Source: a virus | Lineage: Duplodnaviria > Caudoviricetes | DNA: 62,276 nt | IMG/VR virus record: IMGVR_UViG_3300032317_000090 | Location: 1 to 62,276 of that record | Direction: 5' to 3' (one strand) | Part shown: one piece after another, positions 1 to 9,897 of the stretch | Numbering within the stretch: position 1 is the first letter of the stretch | Layout: each line of letters opens with the position of its first letter | Notes under the pieces: generated by a model | The model's database searches: none | The model's input: the letters and a program-made list of their open reading frames with translations, nothing else | What the model was told of the DNA's origin: nothing | Position numbers and translations under genes: made by a program

Positions 1-123
1 CTTGCGCAGGAATTCAAGTTGTGCCGAAGTGGGCTCCTCACGCTGCCAGTCGTAACGGTCAACGTGCTTTGCGACGGCCCAACCGAGAATTGGAGCAAGA
101 TCCGCGAGTGATTTGAGCCGGTA
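1..123. repeat. Terminal direct repeat (identical to 62154-62276); circular-assembly overlap
   Basis: First 123 nt match the last 123 nt; the helicase frame runs uninterrupted across the junction. Confidence 0.95.
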
Positions 124-1347
124 AAGCTTGCCGGTCTGCTTAGCCATGGCCGCCGCGAGAGACTGCTCCCGCTTTTCTTGTTCCTCACGGTTGACCTTTA
201 GGCGGCGCTCATGCTCATCCGCCGCCTCACGCTTAGCCTCGGAAAGCGTCATTCCCTCGGCAAGCTTCTCTTCAATAATCTCAATCTCGTCCGCATCCTC
301 GCCGATGAGGTTTGCCGGGCGCATGATGTCGTGATTTTCATGAAGGAAGAGCGGATCGAGCAAGAGGCAGTTCTCTTTACCGGGGTAAAGCCGGGTGCCG
401 CGCCCAATAGCTTGCGTGTAAAGCGTAGTCGATTTGATTGGCCGGAGCGGAAAGATGCAATCCGTGCATGGAAGGTCTACCCCCTCGGTTAGAAGCTGCG
501 AGTTCGCCAGGACATCAAGCTCACCGTCCTCAAACCGTTTGATCTTCTCCGCCTGATCCTTGCACTTCCCGGAGACGTAATCCGCCCGGAGACCCACCTT
601 GCGGCATTCCTCGGCAAAGTCCCGCGCCGTGACGATCAAGGGCAGGAACGCCAGCGTGCGACGGTTCCCGGCCTTTTCCTTGAGCATCTCGGCGGCTTTC
701 GCGAGGTGAGGCCGGATCGTGGAATCAAGCTCGTTTTCGTCGAAGTCGCCATCGCGGCCAACGTGGACGGAGTTGATGTCGATGTTGAGCGGCGCGGACT
801 CCACAACGATTGGAGACAGAAAGCCCATGTTCACAAGCTCCAACATCCCGATCTCATAGGCCACCGTGGCGAAGGTCTTTTCCAGTCCGAGCCGGTCCCC
901 GCGATTCGGTGTTGCCGTCACGCCGATTACCTTGGCGTTCGGAAAATGATTAATTGGCCTCAACCATGGCCCCTTGGCGTAATGGTGGCACTCGTCCACA
1001 AGAATCAGCTTGAAGTGATCCGGAGCGAATCGGCTAAGCCTCTTAGCCATGCTACCCACGGAGCCGACAACAACGTCATTGAGCATGGTGGCCCGCTCCT
1101 TGCCCATTTCCACGCCAGGGTGAAACCCATCGGCGGCGAGAGTCTGGGCAATCTGCTCGATCAAGCGCCGACGGTGCGCGATGACGAGAACCTTGTTGCC
1201 CTTCGCCGCCGCCGCTTCCGCCATCCGCGCCATGATGATCGACTTTCCGCCGCCCGTGGCGACAACGATCATGGTTGACTTGTTGGAGCGAAGCTGAACC
1301 CGAGCCGCCTCAATGGCTTCAAGCTGGTATGGACGGAGCGGGCGCAT
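1..1347 (-). CDS. SF2 DEAD/DEAH-box helicase, 5' part (continues across junction to 61935; ~521 aa total)
   Basis: Manual translation MRPLRPYQLEAIEAA...MIVVATGGGKS (Q motif, Walker A), DECHH; TAATG overlap with upstream gene; absent from ORF track because it crosses the end. Confidence 0.9.
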   Translation of the reverse strand, partial: MRPLRPYQLEAIEAARVQLRSNKSTMIVVATGGGKSIIMARMAEAAAAKGNKVLVIAHRRRLIEQIAQTLAADGFHPGVEMGKERATMLNDVVVGSVGSMAKRLSRFAPDHFKLILVDECHHYAKGPWLRPINHFPNAKVIGVTATPNRGDRLGLEKTFATVAYEIGMLELVNMGFLSPIVVESAPLNIDINSVHVGRDGDFDENELDSTIRPHLAKAAEMLKEKAGNRRTLAFLPLIVTARDFAEECRKVGLRADYVSGKCKDQAEKIKRFEDGELDVLANSQLLTEGVDLPCTDCIFPLRPIKSTTLYTQAIGRGTRLYPGKENCLLLDPLFLHENHDIMRPANLIGEDADEIEIIEEKLAEGMTLSEAKREAADEHERRLKVNREEQEKREQSLAAAMAKQTGKLYRLKSLADLAPILGWAVAKHVDRYDWQREEPTSAQLEFLRK

Positions 1348-1625
1348 TAGTTGAGCGTGATTTCTTCGGCCTTGTGGACTTCTTCGGTTTCGATCTCGCG
1401 GGTGATCTTGATTCCCCTGGCCGCCGCCCGGCCCGAAGGCGTGCGCAGCCGAACAATCCACCCCCGGGCTTCGAGCTTGTTGAGGTGACCTTGGACGCCG
1501 CTTTGGTTCGCGACGCCAATAGCCTTGGCGATTTCTGGTTGGGACGGCGAGAAGCCGTGTTCTTTCGTGAATGTCCGGATGAACTCCATGACTTCACGCT
1601 GGCGTGGCGTAATGCTCTGACTCAT
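1347..1625 (-). CDS. LexA-like winged-helix DNA-binding protein (N-domain only)
   Basis: ITPRQREVMEFI...GFSPSQPEIAKAIG...VQGHLNKLEARGWI resembles LexA DBD; no peptidase domain. Confidence 0.8.
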   Translation of the reverse strand: MSQSITPRQREVMEFIRTFTKEHGFSPSQPEIAKAIGVANQSGVQGHLNKLEARGWIVRLRTPSGRAAARGIKITREIETEEVHKAEEITLN

Positions 1626-1659
1626 GGGATACTATTAACACCTAATAATGAAAAAGCAA
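1626..1659 (-). promoter_or_regulatory. GGTGT-type promoter, probably leaderless
   Basis: TTGCTT-16 nt ending GGTGT-TAATAGT-ATCCC-ATG; nearly identical to element before 37919. Confidence 0.6.
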
Positions 1660-1708
1660 TTCAAATTCTCTCTTGAATACCTACAAGCGGCAGTTTAACA
1701 TCTGTCGA

Positions 1709-2044
1709 GTGCTGAGGTTGAAAACAAAGACGACACCGCCGCCCGGCGGCTGGACGGTTATTGATTCCATGGGGGATCAAGAGGGCGTCCAAGTCGAGGG
1801 ATCGACGTTTGAGGAATTGGTTGCAACCTACCGGGCTCAAGCTTTGGCGCTGGGCGTTGAGTTGGCCCTCCAGTGGTGCCGTCAGCGGATCGAGCATTTG
1901 ATTTGCTCAATCCACATCGACCTTTGTTGGTCGGACGCTCCAGTCAGTGAGAGGAAAAGTTACGCGGCCAAGTCGCCAAATCACAGGGAACCGAAGAAGA
2001 AGGTAAATTGCAAACGCGGATGCGGAGGGGCTAATCCAAAATGA
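1709..2044 (+). CDS. Hypothetical protein (Cys-containing); likely GTG start at 1709
   Basis: TTGAAT-17-TAACAT-7nt-GTG; stop overlaps next ATG. Confidence 0.6.
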   Translation: MLRLKTKTTPPPGGWTVIDSMGDQEGVQVEGSTFEELVATYRAQALALGVELALQWCRQRIEHLICSIHIDLCWSDAPVSERKSYAAKSPNHREPKKKVNCKRGCGGANPK

Positions 2045-2229
2045 CCAAAACCGAGAAACTCTACGACGATATTCGCCGGGCTATTATTGTGTCGGCGACT
2101 CCGGATGATCCTCTTTCCTTGACGGACATCATCGGGACGATCGAACTCGTGAAGTTCGAAATCGCCGCCGCGAATTCCGACACCCAGCGTTCCGGCGTTG
2201 AACTCGAATTTGAGGATTCCGCGCTTTGA
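2041..2229 (+). CDS. Hypothetical protein
   Basis: ATGA-coupled ORF in operon. Confidence 0.6.
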   Translation: MTKTEKLYDDIRRAIIVSATPDDPLSLTDIIGTIELVKFEIAAANSDTQRSGVELEFEDSAL

Positions 2230-2483
2230 ATCACGCTTTCGACATAATCTTTTGGGCGTTCGCTCACTACGTCATCACGATGCTTTTCACCGTGAGTCAC
2301 ATTGCGGAGGTGTTCATCCATCCAGTGACCAAGCGGGTTGACGATCTCATCGGCTATCCCTTTTCCCGCTGTCGGCTTTGCATTGGATTTTGGATCTCGA
2401 TTGGGATATGGGTTGGAACTGGATTGAATCCCCTGTTCATCTACGGGATCTCGCAATATCTGACCCAAACGGAAAATGAGTGA
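2226..2483 (+). CDS. Small membrane protein (DUF1360-like CxxCxGFW motif)
   Basis: Hydrophobic segments and CRLCIGFWISI. Confidence 0.55.
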   Translation: MNHAFDIIFWAFAHYVITMLFTVSHIAEVFIHPVTKRVDDLIGYPFSRCRLCIGFWISIGIWVGTGLNPLFIYGISQYLTQTENE

Positions 2484-4830
2484 CATCGAAAACACGCCGG
2501 GCCTCAAGAAGCGCCTCGGGCATCCGCGCGTTGCTCACCGCGAATGGAAGCGCATCTGTGAAAGCGACCCCCGGGCCGCCACGCGAGAAACGCTCTTGCG
2601 CACGTTTTACCAGTATCCTCACGCCACCACGGCTGAAGAGAGGGAGGGCGCAATCCTTCGCGACCCATCCCGGGCAAATCACGGCCTGCTCAATTTCGAG
2701 GTAGAGGCGAAGAAAACGAAGCTGCTTGATGCGGTTTACGAGCGCCCGGTTGCAGCAAGAATCACCTACGCGGCGGCGGATGAGGAAGTTGCAGAACGTC
2801 GCCGCCAGGGTGAGGACAGGGGCGTTCAGAAACCACGCTCGCGGGCGGAGATTTCCACCATTCTCTCGGAGGCGTTCCAGACGTTCGTGATGGACCCGTG
2901 GGACGAGTTTGCCTACGACAAAGAGCTTCAGATCCAAGACGTCCTGCTCTTTTCGACCGGCGTCGGGATCTTCGATAACGGCACCGTCTATCCACGGTAT
3001 ATCCCGATGGAGACGGTAAAGCCGAACATCGGGGCCGGTTACTGGCCGGACAAGTGGGAGTTCTTTTTTGTCATCGAAGAGTTCCGGGCTTCCGATCTCT
3101 GGGACAAGGCCAACAAGGATTCCGGATGGGATAAGAAGGCCATCCTTCGCGCAATGAAGCGCACGAATCAATTCTCGCAGTGGGCACGATCCATGGCGAC
3201 GGCGGAAGGCTGGCTAAAGCTCGAACTTAATGGCGAGTTCCAATCTCAGCTTGAGTGCGTTGAGCTTGATCTCCTGGCCCTTTACGTGAAGGAGTGGGAC
3301 GGTTCGATTTCAAAACGCTACCTTGACCCGGAAGGTGACGGAAAATGTGACTGGTTATGGGAGAAGGCCAATTACGCCAAGAGTTTCGGCGAGATTATCG
3401 TTCTCCATGTCGATACGCTCGGCCACGGGAAATTCTACGGAATCCCATCCTTCGCTCAGCGGCTTTTCTTCCAGTGCGTTTCGCACGATCACCTGATGAA
3501 TGCGGCCATCGACGCCGCCCGGGTGAACTCAATGGCGATCTTCGAGCGCCGGGGTGAATCATCCAGGCCGGTTCGCGCGTTCCGGGACAACGTGATTCTT
3601 GAGCCGGGAACAACTCCGGTTCAACAGCGGTTCGAGCTACCCGTTGCGGAATCCGCAAACTTGGCCATGGGCCTCATGTCGGGCGTTCGCGCCGCCGCCG
3701 GTCAATACCAGCAAGGGGACGCCTCCCGGGATACCGCTTACGAGGCTCGCGCCGATTTGATGTCCACGGACAAAAAGGCCAACGTGACGATGAATCGTTG
3801 GAACTGGTCCCAAACCTTCGAGCTTCGGGAAATCTACCGACGCTTGATGGTGAATGGAGACGTGCGGGGCAAGGAGCCTTACGACATCGCCAAGAAGGGC
3901 TTCATTGAATTCTGCAAGGCGAAAGGCTTGAAGGAAAAGCACTGGGCTTTTGAAAACGTCAAGATTCGCTCGATGCAGTCTATCGGTGCCGGGGAGCCTG
4001 CGCTACGGCTTGAGCGTTCGACTCGTACGCTTCAGATCCTCCGCGTGAAGCCGAACTCTCCCGGGGAGTGGAATGCTCAGCGGGACGCCGTGGCGGCACT
4101 CAACGGGATCGCCAACGTGGACGACTACATGGGCGAGGAGCGCATCTTCCCGGACGTCCACACTCGGGTAATCGGCAACGAGAATGAGTCCATGAAGGAT
4201 GCCAACTTCAACGGGGCAAACTCTCCGGTTCTTTCGCAAGATCCACACATCTTGCACCTAATGGGCGACGTTCAGGACGGCGGCCAGACGCTCGGCCACC
4301 TTCCGGAATGCGCAGAGGAAGTCCAACTTGGTCTTCAGATGATGGAGAGCATGTCGCAAGTTCCGCCGTCGGATCAGCCAATCGTTGCCGACAAGATCAA
4401 TAGTCAGATCGCCTACGTTGCTAATTTTATTGAGCATTCCGTTCAGCACTTGAAGTTCCTGGCCGGAGATCCAGACGTGAAGGCTAGCTACGAGGAAGCC
4501 CAAAACATCCTAGCCCAAATCATCCGGCTTCGGGACGAGCTTGTCGCCAACTTTAAGAGGTTGCAACAGGCACGCTTCCAGCAGGCCACCAAGGAACTCG
4601 GGGAAGATCCGGAGGCGGCCAAGCACCAAATCGCCATCCAGCGCGAGAAGGCCATTGCCGACATTCAGGTTGCCTCTCGCGTCGAAGAGGCTCAAGCCCG
4701 GGTGGACATCATCCGGCAAGAAGGCCAAGCCCGGATCGAGCGGACAAAAGCGGAAGCCGCCGCGAAGCTTTCCTCTTCCATGGCTCAACAGGCCAGCAAA
4801 ATCGAGAGCGAAGGCGGTGAGAAGGAATGA
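2476..4830 (+). CDS. Putative portal protein
   Basis: 784 aa, first large gene of head module, helical with C-terminal coiled coil; positional inference. Confidence 0.65.
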   Translation: MSDIENTPGLKKRLGHPRVAHREWKRICESDPRAATRETLLRTFYQYPHATTAEEREGAILRDPSRANHGLLNFEVEAKKTKLLDAVYERPVAARITYAAADEEVAERRRQGEDRGVQKPRSRAEISTILSEAFQTFVMDPWDEFAYDKELQIQDVLLFSTGVGIFDNGTVYPRYIPMETVKPNIGAGYWPDKWEFFFVIEEFRASDLWDKANKDSGWDKKAILRAMKRTNQFSQWARSMATAEGWLKLELNGEFQSQLECVELDLLALYVKEWDGSISKRYLDPEGDGKCDWLWEKANYAKSFGEIIVLHVDTLGHGKFYGIPSFAQRLFFQCVSHDHLMNAAIDAARVNSMAIFERRGESSRPVRAFRDNVILEPGTTPVQQRFELPVAESANLAMGLMSGVRAAAGQYQQGDASRDTAYEARADLMSTDKKANVTMNRWNWSQTFELREIYRRLMVNGDVRGKEPYDIAKKGFIEFCKAKGLKEKHWAFENVKIRSMQSIGAGEPALRLERSTRTLQILRVKPNSPGEWNAQRDAVAALNGIANVDDYMGEERIFPDVHTRVIGNENESMKDANFNGANSPVLSQDPHILHLMGDVQDGGQTLGHLPECAEEVQLGLQMMESMSQVPPSDQPIVADKINSQIAYVANFIEHSVQHLKFLAGDPDVKASYEEAQNILAQIIRLRDELVANFKRLQQARFQQATKELGEDPEAAKHQIAIQREKAIADIQVASRVEEAQARVDIIRQEGQARIERTKAEAAAKLSSSMAQQASKIESEGGEKE

Positions 4831-5096
4831 CGGCGGACGAAAAGAAGCGCAACCATGCCGCAAGGGTTTTGGCCAAAAGCCTAACCTCCAATCCAGCTTG
4901 GCCCGATTTGAAGCTGCTCATTATGGCTTCCGGGGCATTTCCTCCGGGGACGTTCCCCACGGAGCCGACGCTCGCGGCGATCCAGCTTGGCTGGCGTGAG
5001 CGCGAGACGGAATTTTTCCGAGCCATCGACGCCGCCGCCCAGCCTGACGTTGATATTAAGCCCCCCGCCTCCACGCTGGCTAAAGATTTCCAATGA
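4827..5096 (+). CDS. Hypothetical protein
   Basis: ATGA overlaps at both ends. Confidence 0.65.
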   Translation: MTADEKKRNHAARVLAKSLTSNPAWPDLKLLIMASGAFPPGTFPTEPTLAAIQLGWRERETEFFRAIDAAAQPDVDIKPPASTLAKDFQ

Positions 5097-6397
5097 GTAC
5101 TCCTGCAAACATCGCAACCGTTATTGCCGACTCCCTCAAAGGAGCCGCCTCCACCACGCCAGCGCCCGCCGCTGCCGCGCCCGCCGCTGAAGTCAAGCCC
5201 GCCGCCGCGACCAAGGCGGCGTCGAGCATGGCGGAACTTGCCCGAAACAACATGGCCAAGCTTCCCACGCCTGGGGAAGCTCCGGCGACACCGGCACCCG
5301 CCGCCCCGGAAGATGGTGAGTTCACGATCGAGGAAAGCCAGTTCCCCGATCACCCGGCGTTCAAGGGTCTCGTGAAGCCGGACGGCTCCGCTGGCAAGGG
5401 GGCGCAATTCAAGTATCTCAAGGATCGAAACAAAGCGTGGGAAGCGTACGCTGCCGATCAAGCCGGTGAAGCGGCAAGGCGCGGCGGCGCATTGACCGAG
5501 CGTGAAAAGAGGCTGGCCGAAATCGACGCTGAGCTTGCCTCTGCTAAGGAGCGGCTTGCCGCAGTTCCGGAAATCGAAGGCCGAGCCAAGACGGCTGAAG
5601 AGCGCCTCGCCCTGCTCGATCTTCAGCATGATCCGGACTTCATCCGGAAATTTGGGGAGCCGGTCACAAAGCTTGAGGCTTCCGTTAGCGACACTCTCGA
5701 CCTTGCCGGAAGCTCGAAAGGTCTCGTGATTTCAAAGCTCAACGAGGCGATTCGCGCGAAAGACAACGCGACGTTTGTTGCGGCGGCGCTCGATGCCATG
5801 AACGGCTTGATTCCGGAATCCGCTCACCCGATGGTGATTCGCGACCTCCGCGACCTCCGCGCCCTTTATGCTGAGCGCGACGCCGCCCTGGCTAGGCATC
5901 CTTCGATGAAGGACGTCATCGCCACGGAGAGAGCCTCGCGTCGCCGGAGCGAGGCTGAGAGCTACATGACGAAGGACTTTGCGGAGATGACGCGCACCAT
6001 GGGCAACACGGCCCACGGCCTTCATGAGATGCTCAAGCAGGAAGGCGTTATCGAATTGCTGAAGCCCCACCAAGATGCGCTCGACAAGATGCGCAAGCAG
6101 TTCCCGGAAATCGTCCGCTCCACGGTGGAGAAGGTCGGTCATATCGGGCCGGAACTCATGGGTTACGCCATTCTCGGCCAGGAACTCTTGCCGTCTGTCT
6201 TCCTGATGTCCGAGATGTTCCGCGAGCACCAAGAGATGCAGGCGGAACTCAAGGACTTGAAGGCCGCCGCCGCGCTGGCGGAGAGCCGCTCAAGAGGGCG
6301 TCAAGGTGACCCTCGGCCCGGCAGTGGAGGCGGCACTCCCGGCGTCGCCCGCACCATGGGCGAACTTGCCACTCAGCGCCTCAACGAGAACTCGTAA
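5093..6397 (+). CDS. Putative scaffolding protein
   Basis: Ala/Pro-rich N-terminus and long coiled coil; lies between portal and capsid. Confidence 0.55.
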   Translation: MSTPANIATVIADSLKGAASTTPAPAAAAPAAEVKPAAATKAASSMAELARNNMAKLPTPGEAPATPAPAAPEDGEFTIEESQFPDHPAFKGLVKPDGSAGKGAQFKYLKDRNKAWEAYAADQAGEAARRGGALTEREKRLAEIDAELASAKERLAAVPEIEGRAKTAEERLALLDLQHDPDFIRKFGEPVTKLEASVSDTLDLAGSSKGLVISKLNEAIRAKDNATFVAAALDAMNGLIPESAHPMVIRDLRDLRALYAERDAALARHPSMKDVIATERASRRRSEAESYMTKDFAEMTRTMGNTAHGLHEMLKQEGVIELLKPHQDALDKMRKQFPEIVRSTVEKVGHIGPELMGYAILGQELLPSVFLMSEMFREHQEMQAELKDLKAAAALAESRSRGRQGDPRPGSGGGTPGVARTMGELATQRLNENS

Positions 6398-6670
6398 TTG
6401 CTCGACGGCCCCGCTTCCTTTTTCGGTAAGCTTGACTAAGACGCTCCGGCGGTCCATTCCAAGCTCCCGATAATGGCGGGTGACAAGGCTGTATTTCAAA
6501 GCTTCCTTGATGTAAGAGGTGGCGCACGACGGCGAAATCCCGAGGCTGTCCGCAAGATCGCCCATGTGGATTCCATTCGGATGAAGGGCTATATTCTGGA
6601 TGGCGTCGGCGGCCCGGTAGGTGATTCCGATCTCTTCAATCCCTTGGCGAAGGGCGGTAAGGTATTTCAT
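6290..6670 (-). CDS. MarR-family winged-helix regulator
   Basis: MGDLADSLGISPS...LVTR...DRRSVLVKLTEKG MarR signature; own promoter TTGCCC-16-TACTTT-6nt-ATG. Confidence 0.8.
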   Translation of the reverse strand: MKYLTALRQGIEEIGITYRAADAIQNIALHPNGIHMGDLADSLGISPSCATSYIKEALKYSLVTRHYRELGMDRRSVLVKLTEKGSGAVEQLRVLVEALSGKFAHGAGDAGSAASTAGPRVTLTPS

Positions 6671-6705
6671 TCGGCTAAAGTAGTTGAGCGTAATTCCTGG
6701 GCAAG

Positions 6706-6736
6706 AAAAAAGCCGGAGGCTTTCACCTCCGGCTTT
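6706..6736 (-). terminator. Rho-independent terminator
   Basis: AAAGCCGGAGG-loop-CCTCCGGCTTT with U-tract on minus strand, just after 6752 stop. Confidence 0.85.
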
Positions 6737-6751
6737 GGACTTCCACTCAAC

Positions 6752-7729
6752 TTAGGACGCAAGATCGAGTTCCATTTGTTTGCTGGCAACCGGAAACGGA
6801 ATGATGTTTGCGACGCCGCCCGGCCTCATGCGCGGCGTAATCGTTGGCAGGCCGTAGCGCCCGATACTCAACCGCTTACGAGCCCTCCTCGTTTTCGGAA
6901 GCGGCGGCGGCGTTGGCGGCGTTGGAGGAAGAGGAAGGGCGCGGATGCCTTCGGTGGTGACCTCGTAGACCGGAACCTCGCTTACCATCATGCCGCCGCA
7001 AATCACAAGGAGAAGCTCGAACATGGCGGCAAAGCCAAGGATTGCCCACTTACCCCACTCCTCAGCGGCGATCCAGTATGTCTCCCCTTCGGCCGTCGCG
7101 GCCTTAACCTGGGCCTCTTCGAGCTTGGTTTCGAGATGCTTCACACTTTCCGTCGCGCTGGCGATTTCGATGGACAAGACCTCGACCTCTGACCGGAGCC
7201 GCCGCCATGCGGGGAATTTCCCGGCAGTTGCGAGAACCTCGCGGATTTGATCCTCCGGTGGTGCCTCCTTAGCCATGTCCGCCACGGCCGCCCTGAAGCC
7301 GGTCTGAAGCTTACTCAACTCATCACGCTCATGGGCCAGCCGCTCCGCCGTGGTAGTCACCGACGCTTTCGCGATAGATGCCGGGCTGATATGCTCCAGC
7401 GTCATTCGGTTCCAAAGTGACGCCGAATCGGCGCTGATTGCCAGGGCAAGGCCGCCAATCGCCATCACGCCGCCAAGCACTGCTCGGAAGAATGATGATG
7501 GCCCGGTGACCTTTGCCGTAGCAACGATCATTGCGCCGATGGTGGCAAGGAGCGTGATTGCACCGGCACCGGCCCAGCTTAGATGATCCGGCATTCCGAA
7601 AGCCTGCTTGATGCCCCCTTGAAGGGCGGGAATGAGGAAGATAGACCCCGACAGCCACGCAAAGGCCGCCAGCCAATTTACTTTGAATTTGTTCTTCATA
7701 GGTATTGGTTCAACGGTAACACCATGCAA
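6752..7729 (-). CDS. Multi-pass membrane protein with coiled coil
   Basis: Three N-terminal TM segments, coiled coil, one further TM, Pro/Arg-rich tail. Confidence 0.7.
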   Translation of the reverse strand: MHGVTVEPIPMKNKFKVNWLAAFAWLSGSIFLIPALQGGIKQAFGMPDHLSWAGAGAITLLATIGAMIVATAKVTGPSSFFRAVLGGVMAIGGLALAISADSASLWNRMTLEHISPASIAKASVTTTAERLAHERDELSKLQTGFRAAVADMAKEAPPEDQIREVLATAGKFPAWRRLRSEVEVLSIEIASATESVKHLETKLEEAQVKAATAEGETYWIAAEEWGKWAILGFAAMFELLLVICGGMMVSEVPVYEVTTEGIRALPLPPTPPTPPPLPKTRRARKRLSIGRYGLPTITPRMRPGGVANIIPFPVASKQMELDLAS

Positions 7730-7909
7730 AGCGTGAATTCAAGCGTTCTTTTAAAAAATTCTTTGCAAGCGGGGAATTATCTGGTAATTAGGAATCGAGC
7801 TTGCCGGAAGTTGCTTACCGGAGAATGGGCCTGAATCGAGTTTGCCCGCGATTCCAAATCTGAGCGCAATCACGCTCTAGCCTTTCTCTTCACCTAAGCA
7901 ATACACAAC

Positions 7910-9391
7910 ATGGGTCAGTTCACCAGCTACCAGCAAGTTCACGACCTCTTTATTGAGGGCCAGGAACTTTGGAATAAGTCGCTCATCAAAGAGCGTTACA
8001 CGGGCAGCAATGCTTGGCAAGGTCGCCTTTCCGAAGGCGAGTTCCCCACCGGCCACGGCACGCAACAGCGCGGCTTCCGGCTAGGCGCGATGGCGGCTCC
8101 GACGAACATTCGTTGGCGCGACATCGTGAGCGACATCTGCAACAACAACGCGTGTTCGTTTGACCCTCAGCGGATTGAGTTCGCCGGTTCGGACGATTAC
8201 ACCTACTCGCTTCAAAGGACCGAATCCATTACGGATTGGCTTTGCTTGGACGGCCTACTCTTCCGCCACACTGCGGACGAGGAAGTCGCCCACATCGAGA
8301 GTCAGTTAAAGCGGATCAACCGCAACTTCGTCGAGCATTTCGACCGGGTGCGTTACATCCACTTTGTTGACAACAAGTGGGCCGGTTGGCTCCCTCCCTC
8401 GGAGCTTGAGTATTGCCAGGAGGATTGCTTCAACCAAGTTGTCAATGGGGCCAACGAAATCTACCCCTATTCGTGGCGTTTCGAGGACTACGACGACGGC
8501 CAGCCGAATGAGACCATCATTCGCGTCAACTGCCCGTGGACTCAACTCTACCGGATCACTCCGCTCTGCTTGGACATCCTGCGCCAAGTCGAGATCGAGC
8601 TGAACGCCATCGACTCCAGCTATGGCCTTTACGGCGAGTCCGAAGAGGGCGGTTCGAGCGAAGACGGAATGCTTCCGAGCAACACGACCGGCAAGATGGA
8701 AGTTATCATCCCGGACCTGAAAAGCCGCTCCCTGCTTCAGCGTGAGTACGCTTTCCAGAATCGTGCCCCTGGCTCCGATCCGATGGACAAGGTGGACCCG
8801 GCCCTCGGTATCGAGGCCACCGTGGAAAACTTCATGCTCCGCATGGACAAGGACATGATGAGGTATGCCCCTGTCGCCCCTGCTCTCCAACCGGCGGCGA
8901 ACAGCTACTCGGCGGACAATCCGCTGACCTGGGCCATCCTTCGCATGGTTCCCCGGACTCGGGAAGTCGCCGCCAAGATCGGCAAGAAGAACGTCCTGAA
9001 TCGTGACTGGCTCAATGCGCCTTTCGCGATCACCATCCCGTTCTCCCCTGCCGTCGGCAAGATCGAGAAGCTTCCGGACTATTCCGGCACCGGCACCGCC
9101 CGCAAGGGTAGCCACGCCATCCCGGAAGCGACGATCCAATGGCGCTCCCCTGACTGGGAGTTCAACATCAACGGCAGCTTCGGCTTCTGGCTGATGAAGC
9201 ACAACCGGGCTTTCCACCCGCGCCGGACGGAGCTTGGCCACGCCATTCTTCACCGGATCGACCATCGCGTCAGGCTGATCGACGTGATGACGGATATGCC
9301 CGCTTGGCGCTCCATGCCTCGCTACGAGCCGTATTGCACCACGGCCACCGTAACCGAGACCCTGAACGTCGCCTCGACTCGCCCCATCTAA
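7910..9391 (+). CDS. Major capsid protein (putative)
   Basis: 493 aa, strongly biased codon usage, position after scaffold, long leader. Confidence 0.7.
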   Translation: MGQFTSYQQVHDLFIEGQELWNKSLIKERYTGSNAWQGRLSEGEFPTGHGTQQRGFRLGAMAAPTNIRWRDIVSDICNNNACSFDPQRIEFAGSDDYTYSLQRTESITDWLCLDGLLFRHTADEEVAHIESQLKRINRNFVEHFDRVRYIHFVDNKWAGWLPPSELEYCQEDCFNQVVNGANEIYPYSWRFEDYDDGQPNETIIRVNCPWTQLYRITPLCLDILRQVEIELNAIDSSYGLYGESEEGGSSEDGMLPSNTTGKMEVIIPDLKSRSLLQREYAFQNRAPGSDPMDKVDPALGIEATVENFMLRMDKDMMRYAPVAPALQPAANSYSADNPLTWAILRMVPRTREVAAKIGKKNVLNRDWLNAPFAITIPFSPAVGKIEKLPDYSGTGTARKGSHAIPEATIQWRSPDWEFNINGSFGFWLMKHNRAFHPRRTELGHAILHRIDHRVRLIDVMTDMPAWRSMPRYEPYCTTATVTETLNVASTRPI

Positions 9392-9440
9392 TTCACGCTC
9401 AACCAAAACTGACTGAAAGAGAACTTGAAAGAGAACTAAC

Positions 9441-9881
9441 ATGAGTCTCGAACTTAATCCATTGCGCTCTTCGGGCGATGCGTTCACCACGCCAGCCAAT
9501 TCGATTGGCTACAACCGGCTTTCCGAAGATCGGAAAAGCTACATCAAGGGGAAGTTTCCCCACCTGATTACCGGGGTTTTCGGTGCCTTCAAGCGCAACG
9601 GGGTCGCAGTGACCACAGTTTCGCTTGAGGTTTACACCGACGGCCAAGCCACTCCTGCGGTCGCCACCGTCAACAGCATTCCGATTCTCCAAGTCGTTAA
9701 TGCGAGTGACATCATTGTCGATCTGTCGGGGGTTTCCAACATCACCCAGAAAACCTTTAACCTGATCTACCCGACGGTGAGTGTTCCGACCTTTGCCGGT
9801 CACAGCATCGCCGCCGCCGGGGATCTTCCGGACGATCGTCCAACGATTGTTGATCCGGTCACTGGCATCAACGCTTCATAA
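9441..9881 (+). CDS. Putative virion/capsid decoration protein
   Basis: Beta-rich ORF directly after MCP. Confidence 0.5.
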   Translation: MSLELNPLRSSGDAFTTPANSIGYNRLSEDRKSYIKGKFPHLITGVFGAFKRNGVAVTTVSLEVYTDGQATPAVATVNSIPILQVVNASDIIVDLSGVSNITQKTFNLIYPTVSVPTFAGHSIAAAGDLPDDRPTIVDPVTGINAS

Positions 9882-9897
9882 GTGTTAAGGTGGCAAC

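Noticed and set aside
8306-9499. Long antisense ORFs (also 4709-5629, 25031-26149, 33480-34277)
   Set aside because: Shadow frames of GC-rich, codon-biased genes on the other strand
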